Assembly: GCA_951406725.2 (NCBI GenBank)
Contig: OX597836.1
Span: forward strand, 124,001 to 188,000
Reading direction: 5' to 3'
Length of the DNA: 64,000 bases
Source: Octopus vulgaris
Taxonomy: Eukaryota
The notes beneath the pieces were generated by a model that ran no database searches, had not been told where the DNA came from, and saw only the letters and a list, made by a program, of their open reading frames with translations. The position numbers and the translations under genes are program-made. Shown here piece after piece: positions 14,078 to 26,765 of this stretch (within the stretch, counting starts at the first letter, position 1; the number at the start of each line of letters is the position of its first letter).

Positions 14078-14125
14078 GTCTTACAGCTATTTCAGGGATA
14101 TAAAAGATATCCCATCTTCAGGGAC
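14078..14125 (-). ncRNA. minimal type I hammerhead ribozyme within a PLE terminal-repeat-like unit (about 14010-14190)
   Basis: Minus strand: gtcc-CTGAAGA-t-gggatat-ctttt-atatccc-t-GAAA-tagctGTA-agac. Intact core, 7-bp stem II, near-palindromic stem III, GUA cleavage triplet. Confidence 0.75.
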
Positions 14126-14845
14126 GGTATGATAGAGTTAAATAGAAGGAAATAGTAGAGTTCAGTTCAGTGGAAAGGGAGAGATTGAGATTGAGAGAGA
14201 GAGAGAGAAAGAGAGAGAGAGTAAATGGGGTAAATTTTCCTGGCGGATACCATACTGTCTCTCAATTTGGTATAGATGCCGGCTATCCACAACGGTCCAT
14301 TATATAGTACTGAAGCTTAGAAAGAGATACTAGTACTGGTAATCTTCACTCGTTGTGTAATTCCGTGTTCTTACTCAGAACTGCAAATATTCCGTAGAGT
14401 ATATAATCGATAACGGAGTGGAGAGTGGAGATTTATTCACATCCGAAAACGTCTTTCTTTAAAAGTTGCCTACGGTTTATGTTTCGATTACAGTAACTGT
14501 ATATATCTTTGTATGCAATTATGCTTTCTAGTCGTTGCAATTTCATCAAGTATCCATTATTCATGACATTTTGAAAGTGACTGATTCAAACAAGCGTCCT
14601 ACGTTAGTATTCAGTTGAAGGTAATAGCGTTTATATTCGATGGAATGCTAGTCTTATAATCATCTCTGCTAGTGTTACAGTTGCAACGTGGTTTAAAAAA
14701 TATTTTTTCACATTTCAATTAACTGTAGCAGTTTTGTTTATATGTTGCTGTATAGAGTACGTTATTTATTCTGAGGTATTTTACTTACTTTGGGTTTATC
14801 CACTTAATTATTATTATTATCATTATTATTATTATCATTATTATT

Positions 14846-14888
<43 letters not shown>

Positions 14889-14889
14889 A

Positions 14890-15590
14890 TTTTAAAGGGA
14901 CTGACATATTTTTCTCAAAGTTAAACAGACAAGACGAAGAATGCAATGCGATTGCAATAGATATCTTATTGGTTGAACGATATTTCGACTACAAGTCTGT
15001 CTTTGTCGAGTTCAAAATAAGTGATTAAAATTCAAAATTATAGAAATTTAAATTTAAAGTATGAACGAAAGCAACTGCCGTCCACACGTTGATCGAATAA
15101 TATCATCAGTCTTTAAATTTCAATTTTATAACAGGCGAAAAGAAAAAGACAGAAAGAAGAAGGAAAAAAAGAAAAGGAAAAAGAAGAATATTTAATCAAA
15201 CAGTTTTGTATAAATTTGAGGATATTCTCCCGTCATTTTATTCATTCCTCCAGGGCGATGTTAATACCCCGAAAACATATTTCTTCTCATGCATTCTGAG
15301 AAGTGAAAGTGAAACAGATTCAGAATATTTTCTGAGAATATACTCTTTCAAATCTTTTTCAAAATTGCAGCCGTTTGAAGCGAAATGTCGACAAGTTCTG
15401 TCGAACTACTATTATTGTGCCTGACGTCAAATCTGTGCCCTTTAAATCTTTTCTTTAATTGTTCTGTTATACAACCAACATAGATCAAGTTGTGTTTCGT
15501 GCATTCTGCCGCGTACACCAAATGGGAATCTCTACATGTTCCACTTTCTGTATAGATCATAGCATTGCTGTTATGATTTCTGATGGAGGG
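14890..15590 (-). mobile_element. Penelope-like element 3' part (GIY-YIG and 3' UTR)
   Basis: ORF 15348-15593: TC..SHLVYAAECTKHNLIYVGCITEQLKKRFKGHR. A hammerhead-like relic lies downstream at 14973-15015. Confidence 0.85.
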
Positions 15591-16132
15591 CAAGTGCGAC
15601 GACGTTCTCGGGGCAACTCTGGGCGTCGATGAAGATCAACTAATCAGTCTCTTTCGGAGAACTTTCGGGCCTGGGCCTATGAATAATTTCCAGAAATCCC
15701 TTGCCTGGTAGTGCTACCGATAGATGCTGCCTGTTCGGGATACACTTTACAGGCACGGAAGTGCCGTGGGCCGGGCCTTCCCGAGGTGCGCCCAGAACAA
15801 TGAAACCGTTCTGCACGCCCTAGACCAGTACCCGAGTATTGCTGACCTGTGGGTTTATATCGAACACCTACTGTCGCGTGTAGGACGGATTCGGCTATCA
15901 GCTGAATCCATTGTGAAGATTGCCCCGCCGCCCTCTTTTGGCCGGGAGGGACAGGCAATTTTATTTTTGTCTAGTGGCTGTAGAGAAAGACACTTTCCTC
16001 TTTGGCCAAGCCCTCATTAACTTTTTCAAGTTTCAATTGACAAGGAAGTTGAGGGTGGAGAGGCAAGTGTTGCCTTGTAGCAAGTTTGTTGAAAGGTTGA
16101 TGAATGTTGGAAGAATGGCAAGTGTGAATGGC
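15590..16132 (+). mobile_element. Tx1/L1-like LINE ORF2 C-terminal (zinc-binding) fragment
   Basis: LPVRDTL..(C)PRC..ETVLHAL..LW; the 3' part matches 33880-33980 (-). Confidence 0.8.
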
Positions 16133-16171
16133 CTTGTATTTCCAGTAGAAAGGATTATTATTTTAATTGTT

Positions 16172-16360
16172 AAGGCGGTGAGCTGGCGGAATCGTTAGCA
16201 TGGTGGACGAAATGTTTAGTGGTATTTCGCCCGTCGCTACGTTCTGAGTTCAAATTCCACCGAGGTTGACTTTGCCTTTCATCATTTCGGGGTCGATAAA
16301 TTAAGTAATCGACTAGTCTCCTTCCCAGAATTTCAGGCCTTGTGCCTTCAGTAGACAGAA
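16172..16360 (+). mobile_element. tRNA-derived SINE, family B
   Basis: aaggcggtgagctggc..gagttcaaattc..gactttgcctttcatc.tttcggggtcgataaa..ggccttgtgcc; many copies in the window. Confidence 0.9.
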
Positions 16361-18297
16361 TTATTACTATAACTGTTGTCAATATCATCTTTGTACCTCC
16401 AGGCACCTTTAAACTTGTGATGCTTTCTTGTTTTTGAATCGTTTAAGAAATAGTCCATTTTGCTTTTGACACTTCCACGCCACCACTTGTCTTTGGTTTC
16501 ACAGGTTGTATTATTATTATTCTCAGATAGGCCGGTCTGGCATATTTCTGATTCGTTGAAGGTATGGTTTCAACAATGGACAAGATACAGTAGCATTGTT
16601 GATTTATTTCTTCTTCAGACGCCTGACGTACTCATATAATAGGTGCAGATTTACTTGTTTTTGAGTCTGTTGGATTAAGTATGTTGAATGAGCTTGCTCG
16701 TGAACGTAATCCCAAAGACCGATGTAATTTTTCCCAAGTAACATTTCTTATTGTTATATCTCTGACTGACTGAGAATAATATCCTCAGAGAGTTTTGAGA
16801 TGATCACCAAGAAGTAAGTATCCCAGTGTAGACATAGGCATAAGCAATTAAAGAAATCTTAACCGAAGCATGTAATATCTAGCTCCACTCCATACCAAGG
16901 GATTTTTGCTCTTTTTCTTTCTGTGCACACTCAAAAACTTACATGGCTTACGTATACTTTCTAAACCTGTTTGTTTGGGATGATCTAAGTAGCCATTTAA
17001 CCTAGAACTGGCCTCAACAGCCACTGAATGATATGCCCTCGATGTAAGAGGCATATCCTTTTTGTTGTTGTTATGATCCTTAAAAGTATTTTAACGCTAA
17101 ATAATTGTTGACCATCCACAAGGCATCAATGTGCTTCATTTTAGAATATTGGTCACAAAAATATTGAATATCAGAAAGATATTAAATATATCTTCCCACA
17201 GGAGGGCCATTTTGGTGATCGATAAACATTCAGTCACCATCACGTTACTCCAGTGAGCATCTGAACACAATTTTTAGCAACATCTTTCTCTCTGTATTTA
17301 TCATTACAACAGCAGTCATTAGACCTATTTTCACTCAGAAATTGCACGCCGCTATCACTCAGACTTCTCTGATCCACATAGCAGCCTTTTTGTTACAGTT
17401 CCTAATGTGTTTCATCCCAGATCACGCACTGAATACTGTCATTCTTCTTCACTATGACCCATGTTTTACTTTCCAGCATTGAACTCTTGAACTTTATCAG
17501 CATCGAGCAAAATTCACTGATCTTGGAGAATTAGCAAAATCTAAGGATATTTCCCCACTTTCTCGTAATAATTTTATATATTTACTTTATTTATTATCAT
17601 TTTATTTATTTTTTTCTTTTTGTAAAGGAAAGGCTGTACTCAGTGCCTTCACGGATATTTTATCATTTTAAATTAAATTTAACACAGCAAGAAAAAGATG
17701 TATCTCCGAAACTCAACTTTAGATTTTGGTACACTTTTAAATCAGAGTACATTTAGACAAGTTGCTGTATTTTATCAAATCGAATGAAAATGCTGTTGCT
17801 CAAGTGTATTTTTTCTGTCCTTTTAACAAAAGAAAGAAGACGCTTAAACAATACTTTCTTTATAACTTATCAAATTACTATAACAACATAACACGACTCA
17901 TCTTCCAGTCACACCTGTACACAGATAATATGTCATAGTTCTTGATTACTGCCGTGCTTTCATGATTCTTAGCTCTGGTTTCTTTTCTTTAGGTTATTTT
18001 CTTTATATTTGGTTGCATTACGGTGTGTGAGAAGCAAACTTAACTCCAAAAAGAAGACGCTAGAATTTCTCAAGTAACTTTTGAAGTAAGGCTTGGTCAC
18101 AGTTACACGATTTGAAGCAATGCACGTGTCCTTCCGCACGTAGAAACTCATAACTCACTCGTTAGCAAAGTAACTTATTATCCCAAGCCATTTTCTCTAA
18201 ATGCACTTTAATTATTTTAGATCTTTTTTTCTTCTTCTTCTCTTCTTCTTTTCTTTTCTTATTCTTTACTTCTTCTTTTCTTCTCTTTCTCCTTCTT

Positions 18298-18351
<54 letters not shown>

Positions 18352-18364
18352 TAGAAATGATAAC

Positions 18365-18583
18365 GATTTCAAATTTTAGCACAAGACCAGCAATTTTGAA
18401 GTCAGTGGGAGGCAAGTCGATGACACCGACCTCAGTACTCAACTGGTACTTATTTTATCGACACTGAAACGATGAAAAGCAAAGTCGACATGGGCAGAAT
18501 TTGAACTCAGAACGTAAAGACGGCCGAAATGCCACTAAGCACTTCACCCGGCATGCTAACGTTTCTGTCAGCTCACCGTCTTA
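18365..18583 (-). mobile_element. SINE family B
   Basis: Reverse complement of the family B sequence. Confidence 0.88.
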
Positions 18584-18585
18584 AA

Positions 18586-18658
<73 letters not shown>

Positions 18659-18667
18659 TTAATAATT

Positions 18668-19265
18668 AATGCCCTGATGCAGTACCAGGCAATGGCTCTC
18701 ATGGCTCCTGATTTTACATGATTGGAAGTGTTATCATGTATACATTGTTTTGTCTTGGTATAAAATATGAGCTACAGCAAATATTCTGCTCAATACCACA
18801 GATTTGCTTGTCAGTTGTTTGACCTTAACCAGCTGACCATGTCCCTTTGTGGCTGACGATATGTGCATCTCTGATCATGAGCAGAAGTAGTGGGGAGGCA
18901 TCATAGCCATATGTTGAGAGGGATTCTTGGGGGGAGCATCATAACCATGTGTTGAAAGGAATTCTTAGTGGTTTGGATAATTCACCTTTAGAAACATGGG
19001 TGTTTCGTTCAACATCCTTAAACAACCCTTATTCAGGGACCTTTTGAGCGGGATGGGCTACTCGACCAGCAGAAAATTCTAACTGGGCCCCACCTGCAAG
19101 GTCATGTGCTGTTTATCTTGATATGAGATTGTCATGTCGCGCACATATGGTTGTGATGCATGTACCTGGTGTACCCTTATCAGACGGGTAGTCATGATGG
19201 GTATACTGGACTTCGTATATTTTACCACAGTGTCTCTTTGATGGCATGCACTGCTCTCTCACTCA
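18668..19265. mobile_element. unclassified ~600 bp non-coding element embedded in (AAT)n
   Basis: An inverted, internally deleted copy lies at 56669-57068; both copies are flanked by (AAT)/(AAC)n. Confidence 0.85.
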
Positions 19266-19291
19266 ATAACAACAACAACAACAACAACAAC

Positions 19292-19363
<72 letters not shown>

Positions 19364-19782
19364 TTCTATATCTTATCTTTGCTACGGCCTCCCCCCAAAA
19401 TCTAGAGTTCTAGACATAAATTCGCACCATGCGAGCTTACTTGCCTGCATCCCCTTCGTCTCACTTCCTCTTTCTCTCCCCTCCCCTTCCTTCTTAGTGC
19501 TGCTGTATTCATTCACATGATCGGTTGGCCATTTAACATCTCTCCCCAAAAATGTGTAAGCCTTTACTGTTACTTCCTCTATTTGACGCAGCAACATCAA
19601 CAGTAGCCAAACCAACAGCCGTAAATCTGCCATTATTTGTTGTCTAAAGAAATCAGGGGAGACAATGAGGACCCCTCGTCCTTATGGTAATAATAACATA
19701 AGTATAGTTATAATTGTGAAACTATAGTAGTGAACTAGTAAATAATAAGATAGGGATTATAGTAATAATAATGAAATTATAA

Positions 19783-22315
19783 TCGTGAACAAGTAAATAA
19801 TTGCGAAGATTGATAATTACCCAGAATGATTAACAAGTGGCGTTGTGATACCGTCGAGTCGTCGGCGACGAAACCGGTAACCCCACTAAGCTTGCTTAGT
19901 GAGATGGGTGGATTTTCGACACCCTGCGGGATTAAAAACAAAACCCGGCAAAGAGCAGAGGAACTTAAAAAGTCAACGGCCATTCCGAAAACGGATAGAC
20001 AGAACTCGTGGGCCTTGGTTGGCACTGACCGAGAGAAGGAACATTCTGATTTAAAACTGGGGTAGATAGGACACTTTAGTTACAGTGGTGAGAACCTACC
20101 AATGTCCAATGGCTCCATGCCTGGGATGAAGGTAAATGAACTGCGAATCGGGACTTAACTCCAGAGCAATATTTGGATGAAGATACGAGACCAACTGACG
20201 TTCGCCTGTCTACTAGTGAGAATCAAGATCATAGTCCCCAACACACAGAAATGCGAAGGGAACCGGTCCAGATTATGGGTAGTAAGAGCTCTGCTGTCTT
20301 GGTTGACAATCTTACTAGGGGTAGCCACCAACCGATATTTTTATCGAGACACTAACCTTAAAACACATACTTCAATGTTGAGTGAACATGTATAATACAA
20401 ATTTATCAAATAATGGTGTTAATGAGGCTGGAACCAAAGGTGAAAGCCTTTCGCCCAGCAGGTGCCCTATAGTTGTCATCCAGAGACTGCTTGTAAACAA
20501 AGCCAGAGGCAGAGAAGAAGGTGGGAATAAGGAGGCAAACCGGACAATAATTGAATGCTGGATCAGTGGTGAACCCAACAACGAATGAAAGCAAAATGGA
20601 ATGAAATACGACTCTTCGGAATAAGAGAGCAATGGTTAGCCGACCAGGCAAGAGCAATGAGAACAAAAGGGTGGTTAACAGACATGGGAATAAAAGAGAT
20701 AAAAAGGAAAGTAGAAAATAAAAATAAAGCTTCACCAACAGATAACGTGCCTTGTGAGAAGAGAAAAATGAAAAGTGGCAGTGAAGAAGTAGAGCAAAGT
20801 GTAAACGTAAATGCATTCTCAGCCAATGAAGCAGAAGTAATAGGAAGAGCTACAGCACAAGAATAAGATGATGATCAACAAGATATAATGAGGATGCTGT
20901 GCTGATATATTAGAGATGACCAGGATTAAGTACCCTTCAACCTGAGGTACACTGACCGATGCAAGCTCATGGTTGAAGCTGAAAATATAGATTCGGTTCT
21001 TGGGCTATTTCAGATGAGAGATATAACTGAAACTAACAAGATTATTTGGGCTGCAGCTATGGTTGCAGCAGACAGAGTTGGATACAAATTATTTTGAAAT
21101 ATGTAACGACTCGATGCTAAAGTTCGTTGAAAACCACGAAAGACGTAATAAGCTTCATTCTGTTATGAAGGAGAGCAAAATATTTTCAAATGAGTTTATG
21201 CATAATACCCAGGTTGAACAGCTTGAGGGAAGTGCAGCAACTGTAGTTGCAAAGAAGGTGAAATCAGTAGCAAAGCAAAATGCGTTTGAACAGTTGGTTG
21301 ATAGGTGGGAACAAAAACCTTTACATGGCAAATATGTTGTCTGTTGAAAAACAAGTTGATATAGAACAGAAGCACACCCATCAGTAGCTACGGAGCTCAG
21401 GGATAAAGGCAGAGATTGAAGGCTTTATTTTGATTGCTCAAGATCAGAGCTTATTGATCCGGAGCTATCAGGTCAATGTGATGAAAACTGGTGTAGACCC
21501 AGAGTGCCGATACTGCAACGATGGGATAGAAACGGTGGACAACATAATCTCTGGATGTAAGGTTTTAGCGCCTGTAGAGCACAACTCAAGACATGACAGA
21601 GTTGGCTAATATCTACATTGGATAATGTGTCGGCATTATAAAATGAAAACTGCTGACAAATGGTACAAGCGCCACCCTGAGGCTGTAACTGAGGGAGGAA
21701 ATGTAACGATTCTTTGGAACTTCTCAGTATGTGCGGACCGGATCACCAAAGCAAATGAACCAGATATTATTGTGGAAGACCAAAACAATAAAGTTTGTTT
21801 ATTGATTTACATAAGCATAATATCTGTGACCATAATATCTCGGCAAAAGAATTTGATAAGCTCAGGAAATATAAAGATGTGCTGATTGAAATCGGAAAGA
21901 TGTGGCATCTCAAGATGGTTACAATACCAGTGATTGTAGGAGCACTTGGAATGATCAAAAAAGGAACTGAAAATGATTTAAGAATGATCCCTAGCTTACC
22001 ATACATGCAGGAAGTGCAAAAGATTGTCTTAACTGGTAACATGTCACACGTATTGAGAAGAGCATCGTCGCTGTGAATTTTCTTTCCTTTTCCCCCCTTT
22101 ATTTTATTTGTTTACTTCTATATTTTTCATTTTTTTTTTCGTTTTTTCTCTCTGTCTTCCCCTTTTTCTCTATCACATAACTTTATAAATAAACAATCTG
22201 CGATGTTTATTTTAATGGCCTACCAGTGTGTACAGTACGTTTCTCTGCCCTAGGTATCAGGAAGACATTCGGCAAGAAATGGAAATAGAATTGGAAGAAG
22301 ATGCTAAAAAAATAA
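19783..22315 (+). mobile_element. R4/Dong-like non-LTR element with REL endonuclease, RT deleted
   Basis: N-terminal LADQARA..EIK; C-terminal KPLHGKY, AQDQSL, CRYC..ETV..IISGC, RHD, ANEPDIIV, KLRKYKD and VIVGALGMI. No RT motifs between about 21070 and 21090. Confidence 0.88.
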
Positions 22316-22367
22316 CAGCAGCAGCAGCAGCAGCAACAACGACAACGACGACAACGACGACGACGAC

Positions 22368-22466
<99 letters not shown>
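22316..22466. repeat. compound trinucleotide microsatellite (AGC-AAC-GAC-GAT-AAT)
   Basis: Read directly. Confidence 0.95.
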
Positions 22467-22467
22467 T

Positions 22468-24070
22468 GATTTTTTTATTACCCACAAGGGTTTCTAGATA
22501 AAATACTATAGCTTATTGCTGTGAGCGCTTGAAGACATTCCACCTTCCAAATGCTCCCGCTTGGTCTCTATTTTACTCAGGACTGCAGCTCCGTTAAAGA
22601 AACTAGCTGCGGAAATACGAGTTTGGCGAAGGGCGACCACACCTGTTCACCGTCAAGGAAGCACTGGAAATGTCGAAGCCTTAGCGCATGTCTGCGCATC
22701 ATCAACCACAGCATGCCCAGGCCACCACACAGTGGATACTGACAGCAGATAGACCGGCTGACCATCGGGACACATCCCATCCACAAAAAGCAGAAGGGTA
22801 TACGCTCCAGCGTAATCAGATGGTGGCCAGGACGAAGCACGACAGTCAGGTGATAGTAGATGACGGACGTGATATACGCGTGAGCCACCTCTGCCCGACC
22901 TTTCAGGGATATTTTTCTCTTGGCCCATTTCTGGATGAGAGTAGTCACCCTGTTCGTTACCTCGTCTCCGTTTTTGTCCATCCGGAAGTCCGGACCGAGC
23001 CAGACTCCGAGCAATTTAACCGGTCCATTCGTCCAGCACCCAACGACGCAGTTGGACGGCATGGACTTACTTCTCCAGGTGTCGAGCTGCAAGTCCACTG
23101 ATTTTTCCTGGTTAATTGTCGCTCCTGAAACCGCCTCGTAGTCTCTGAGAACGGTGCCGATCATTTTTATGCGGTTATGATCCGACACCACTACGGTGAC
23201 GTCATCGGCATATGCCGACATGCATTTCCCACGTCCTAGATCACGCGGATGCCTCTCAACGCCTCCAATTTGTGTAGCAGAGGCTCGAGAGTCAGAACGT
23301 ACAAAAGAGTCGAGAGGGGACAACCTTGCCGGATCGAGCGCACAATTCAGCTGTACACAGGCACAGGACAAGTAGAGTTTATCTTGAACCGGGTAATTTG
23401 AAATCTGCGTTTAACACGGTTAAGAGTTGAAAATCAATACGATCCCTTTTGTCTGCATCCCTTTTCAGCTGTGCTTCATCTCCTCGACTCACAGAGCTTC
23501 CAGCCGTGGTAGATATCTGCCAAGAGGTCTCCAAACAAGACTGACATAACAGTACAGCTTTTGGCAGACTACCCAAGCAAGGCGATTTGTTTCCCACCAC
23601 TCCGTGCAACCAACCATCGTCACTTCCCGTATTTCCGCGGCTGTTATAAACTTTGCACTGAAGTTCGTCACCCCAGCTGCGAGCTGTGTCCAACTCTTAA
23701 GATAGGCAGTGAAATCCATCTAGCGTTCCGGCCTGCTATTCGTCTTGGACTAGTCGATTGAAGTGCTGTTAAAAAGCTCTAAACATCTATTTAGAGCGAG
23801 AAACATGCGCCCATTATACTCTGCCAAAGATCGAACCGTAGCTTTGTTGTTACGTTGTGTCTGCGTCAACAGAGCCCATCGAACAACTTTCGCCCCCCTC
23901 AGGTCTTACGGCGTGCACCTTAGCTCTAACAATAGAGCCTTCGTGCTTTACGTTACCTTTCCTAAGTGTCTCTTCAAAGTTTCTGTCTTTATCTATTCTA
24001 TTTTTTCTATTTCTTTCAGGGGTTAATATATACGACTTTGCCCCTCCATGGAAAAGCCAGGCTTTGTGTC
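22468..24070 (-). mobile_element. Tx1/L1-like LINE ORF2 RT fragment with 3' terminus
   Basis: ORF 22577-23371: SAYADDVTV, GATINQEKS, KLLGVWLG, ISLKGRA; also LTVLNADFK. Ends cccttgtgggtaataaa plus (att)n. Confidence 0.9.
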
Positions 24071-24104
24071 TAGAGTAGAAAGGATTCTTTTTATTATTAA
24101 CAGA

Positions 24105-24420
24105 AAGGGCGATAAATTGGCAGAATCATTAGTATGTCGGACAAAATGTTTTGCGGTATTTGTACCGTCTCTTTTATCTTCTTAGTTCAAATATGCCACG
24201 CGGTTTTTTCCCATAGAGAATTGTAACCAAGTAGGCGACAGAGAGAGAGAGAGAGAGAGAGAGAAGAATAGATCACAGTACTTAATTGATACTTTATCGA
24301 TCCCGCGAGAATAAATGGCAAAGATCCGAATTTGAGAGTGTTTTAGTGGATTACAGAGACTGGAGTAAAATGAAAAGCAAAGTTGACATCGCCACGATTT
24401 GAACTTAGAAGGGAAAGAAC
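24105..24420. mobile_element. SINE family B fragments in both orientations
   Basis: Head-like sequence at 24105-24195 (+) and body fragments at 24270-24420 (-). Confidence 0.6.
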
Positions 24421-25362
24421 CATATCGAACGATTCCTTCAATAGGTCACTAGATAAAAGTAGTACAAACGAAATCATTGTCTAATGAGGTAAAGAAAACG
24501 TCTGATGTTTTTTTTTAAAGTTACCTACGTATGTCGTCTTAAATTTCCAACAATACCTAAGACAAAATGAAACCTGTAAAACTCCCAAAAATGTGTATAT
24601 GGGATTAAAATACTGAAAAACTAGATTTTACGTTAGCGATATGCTGTTATACGATATCGATCTATGTGGTCGGGTGTTAAAGATCAGATCACGCCACGCA
24701 GCTATCAAGTAAAATGTTTGCAGCTGTAACTGACTTTCAATTTTCCTTCACCTCGTTATAAATATCATAGCAACTGCGAACATTCTCCCTGTCATCAACA
24801 CATACGCACGCACACATACAAACACGTGCACACACACCCATGCATACACACACGTGCAACACACCAGCACAATACGCTATAACAAACATGACTACGTTTG
24901 CCATTGTTGAAAGGGCACACCTAATAAGCAGTTACCTCAACACACACACACACAAACACACGTACGAATGCGCGCGCGCACACACAAATCTGCTCTACTC
25001 AAACAGACATATGATGATGAAAGACGTTCCAACCAGAACCATAACGTCTTTTTGTCCAATGTGCATTTGTAATCGTTTAGTTAGTGGAAGAAAGGGAAGT
25101 GCTCATGACCCTTTTCAGAGCCTCTGAGACTGGAAAGCAGGAGTAAGTAAGTTATTATGGAGCCAGGGTCCTGCTCGTAATGTTTTCAACAGGTTGAAAA
25201 GGCATCGAAGAACCACCTAATGTGAGGGTGGTGTAAAACTGGGCAACGGATTAAGTCTGATTTTAGGGTGCTTAAGTTTCTATTTCTAAAAGATCGAGTA
25301 ACCTAATAGATGCCCTCTCGTTAGTTCATTCTACTGAAATTTGTTGTTGTTGTTATATAGCA

Positions 25363-25610
25363 GAGGCGCGTGGCTTAGTGGCTGAAGGGTTGTATTAATG
25401 ACCATAAAATTTCGGTTTCGATTTCTGGACCAGGTGACGCTTTGTATTCTAGATCAAAGCATTTCATATGACGTTGCTCCAGTCCACTCAGCTGGCAAAA
25501 ATGAGTCGTCCTGCAACCAACAGAGCGGTACCCTATCCGAATGTGAGAGGAATATTCATACGCCAAAGAATCTGGGAAAGCGGCCTTGTGAGCCCATGGA
25601 TCGTAAAGGA
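25363..25610 (+). mobile_element. tRNA-derived SINE, third family
   Basis: gaggcgcgtggcttagtgg (A box)..ggtttcgattt (B box)..gttgctccagtccactcagctggcaaaaatgagt. Confidence 0.7.
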
Positions 25611-26269
25611 CCTCTGATCGTTTTTCTTTTGTTGTTTATAGCCTAAGGTCTACCCACCCACCTCCACCACACACACAATCGAGCAAATTGTAATCAAAGG
25701 CAAATCAGCCTTGACATCACCTTAATTTCAGACATCTAGGACTAAGTTATGTCCTTCCGCTTAGAAGGCAATTGTATGTGATTTAAAGGAAATTTTACCG
25801 CTTTTTCTAACTGGTTAGATGACCGTATAGGGGCTCAGAATATTTGTTTCACATTTGTTTCATCTTGAGATAGCAAACACATCGAAGTTCATTTATGTTC
25901 ATTTCCATTTGTCACAAAATCGTCATCCACTCTACAAGTTTAGAAAAGTATGCTTATTGCTAATGATCTTCACACTTCCAATACGACTCTTTTATGTGTA
26001 AAAAACGACAAGGTTGAAAACCTGAATGGTCACGGTTTAAACACGACTGATCAACTTTATAGAAATATGAAAGTGTCTCAACAAAGGAAACTATTATACA
26101 GGTCATTAAAGTAGCCAATACATAAGTCAACGAGGGACTCTATTGACGAGTCAACGAGAGAGTGTATACATTAGTCAACACGGGGACTTATACATTGACC
26201 AACGAGCAAGACTTTAAATAGTGCATATCAAAATTGAAAATTCTGGAAATATTGTTTACTGAGTTATTG

Positions 26270-26468
26270 TATAACGAAACGGGGAGTTGGAAAATTGATT
26301 GGGATTATTTATTCACCATTGTACATGTTTCATTTGCTACAAGGAATTACAGTTTTACAGGTTAGACATGGGGAACTGTAAAATTCTTTAATTCCCATAA
26401 AAAATGAAACATGTTTGGTGGGAATTAAATAATACCAATAAATTTTCCAACTTCCTGTTTTGTTTATA
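26270..26468. mobile_element. MITE-like foldback element
   Basis: Imperfect inverted repeats of about 65 bp (26270-26335 and 26402-26468) with TA at the ends. Confidence 0.65.
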
Positions 26469-26713
26469 TATATATATATATATGAGGGGTTTAGTATGCT
26501 GGTGATTGTTACGACATGGTGGGCATAACCCGAATTTACACAACCAACAAGGATGGGGTGAACCCAAACAACAACACACCTGAAGTTTTTGTAAAATGTT
26601 ATTAACAATTAAGTGTCAGCACAAAAAAAAACCAGCCTACATACAAAACAAATATATAAGAACAAAAATAAATTAAGGCTACACTAGACGTACAATCAAT
26701 ATATTTATAAAGG

Positions 26714-26765
<52 letters not shown>

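Noticed and set aside
17330-17440. GPS-motif-like translation CVIWDETH..QKGC on the minus strand
   Set aside because: The conserved Trp and the HL-T/S cleavage motif are absent and there are two stops; probably chance.
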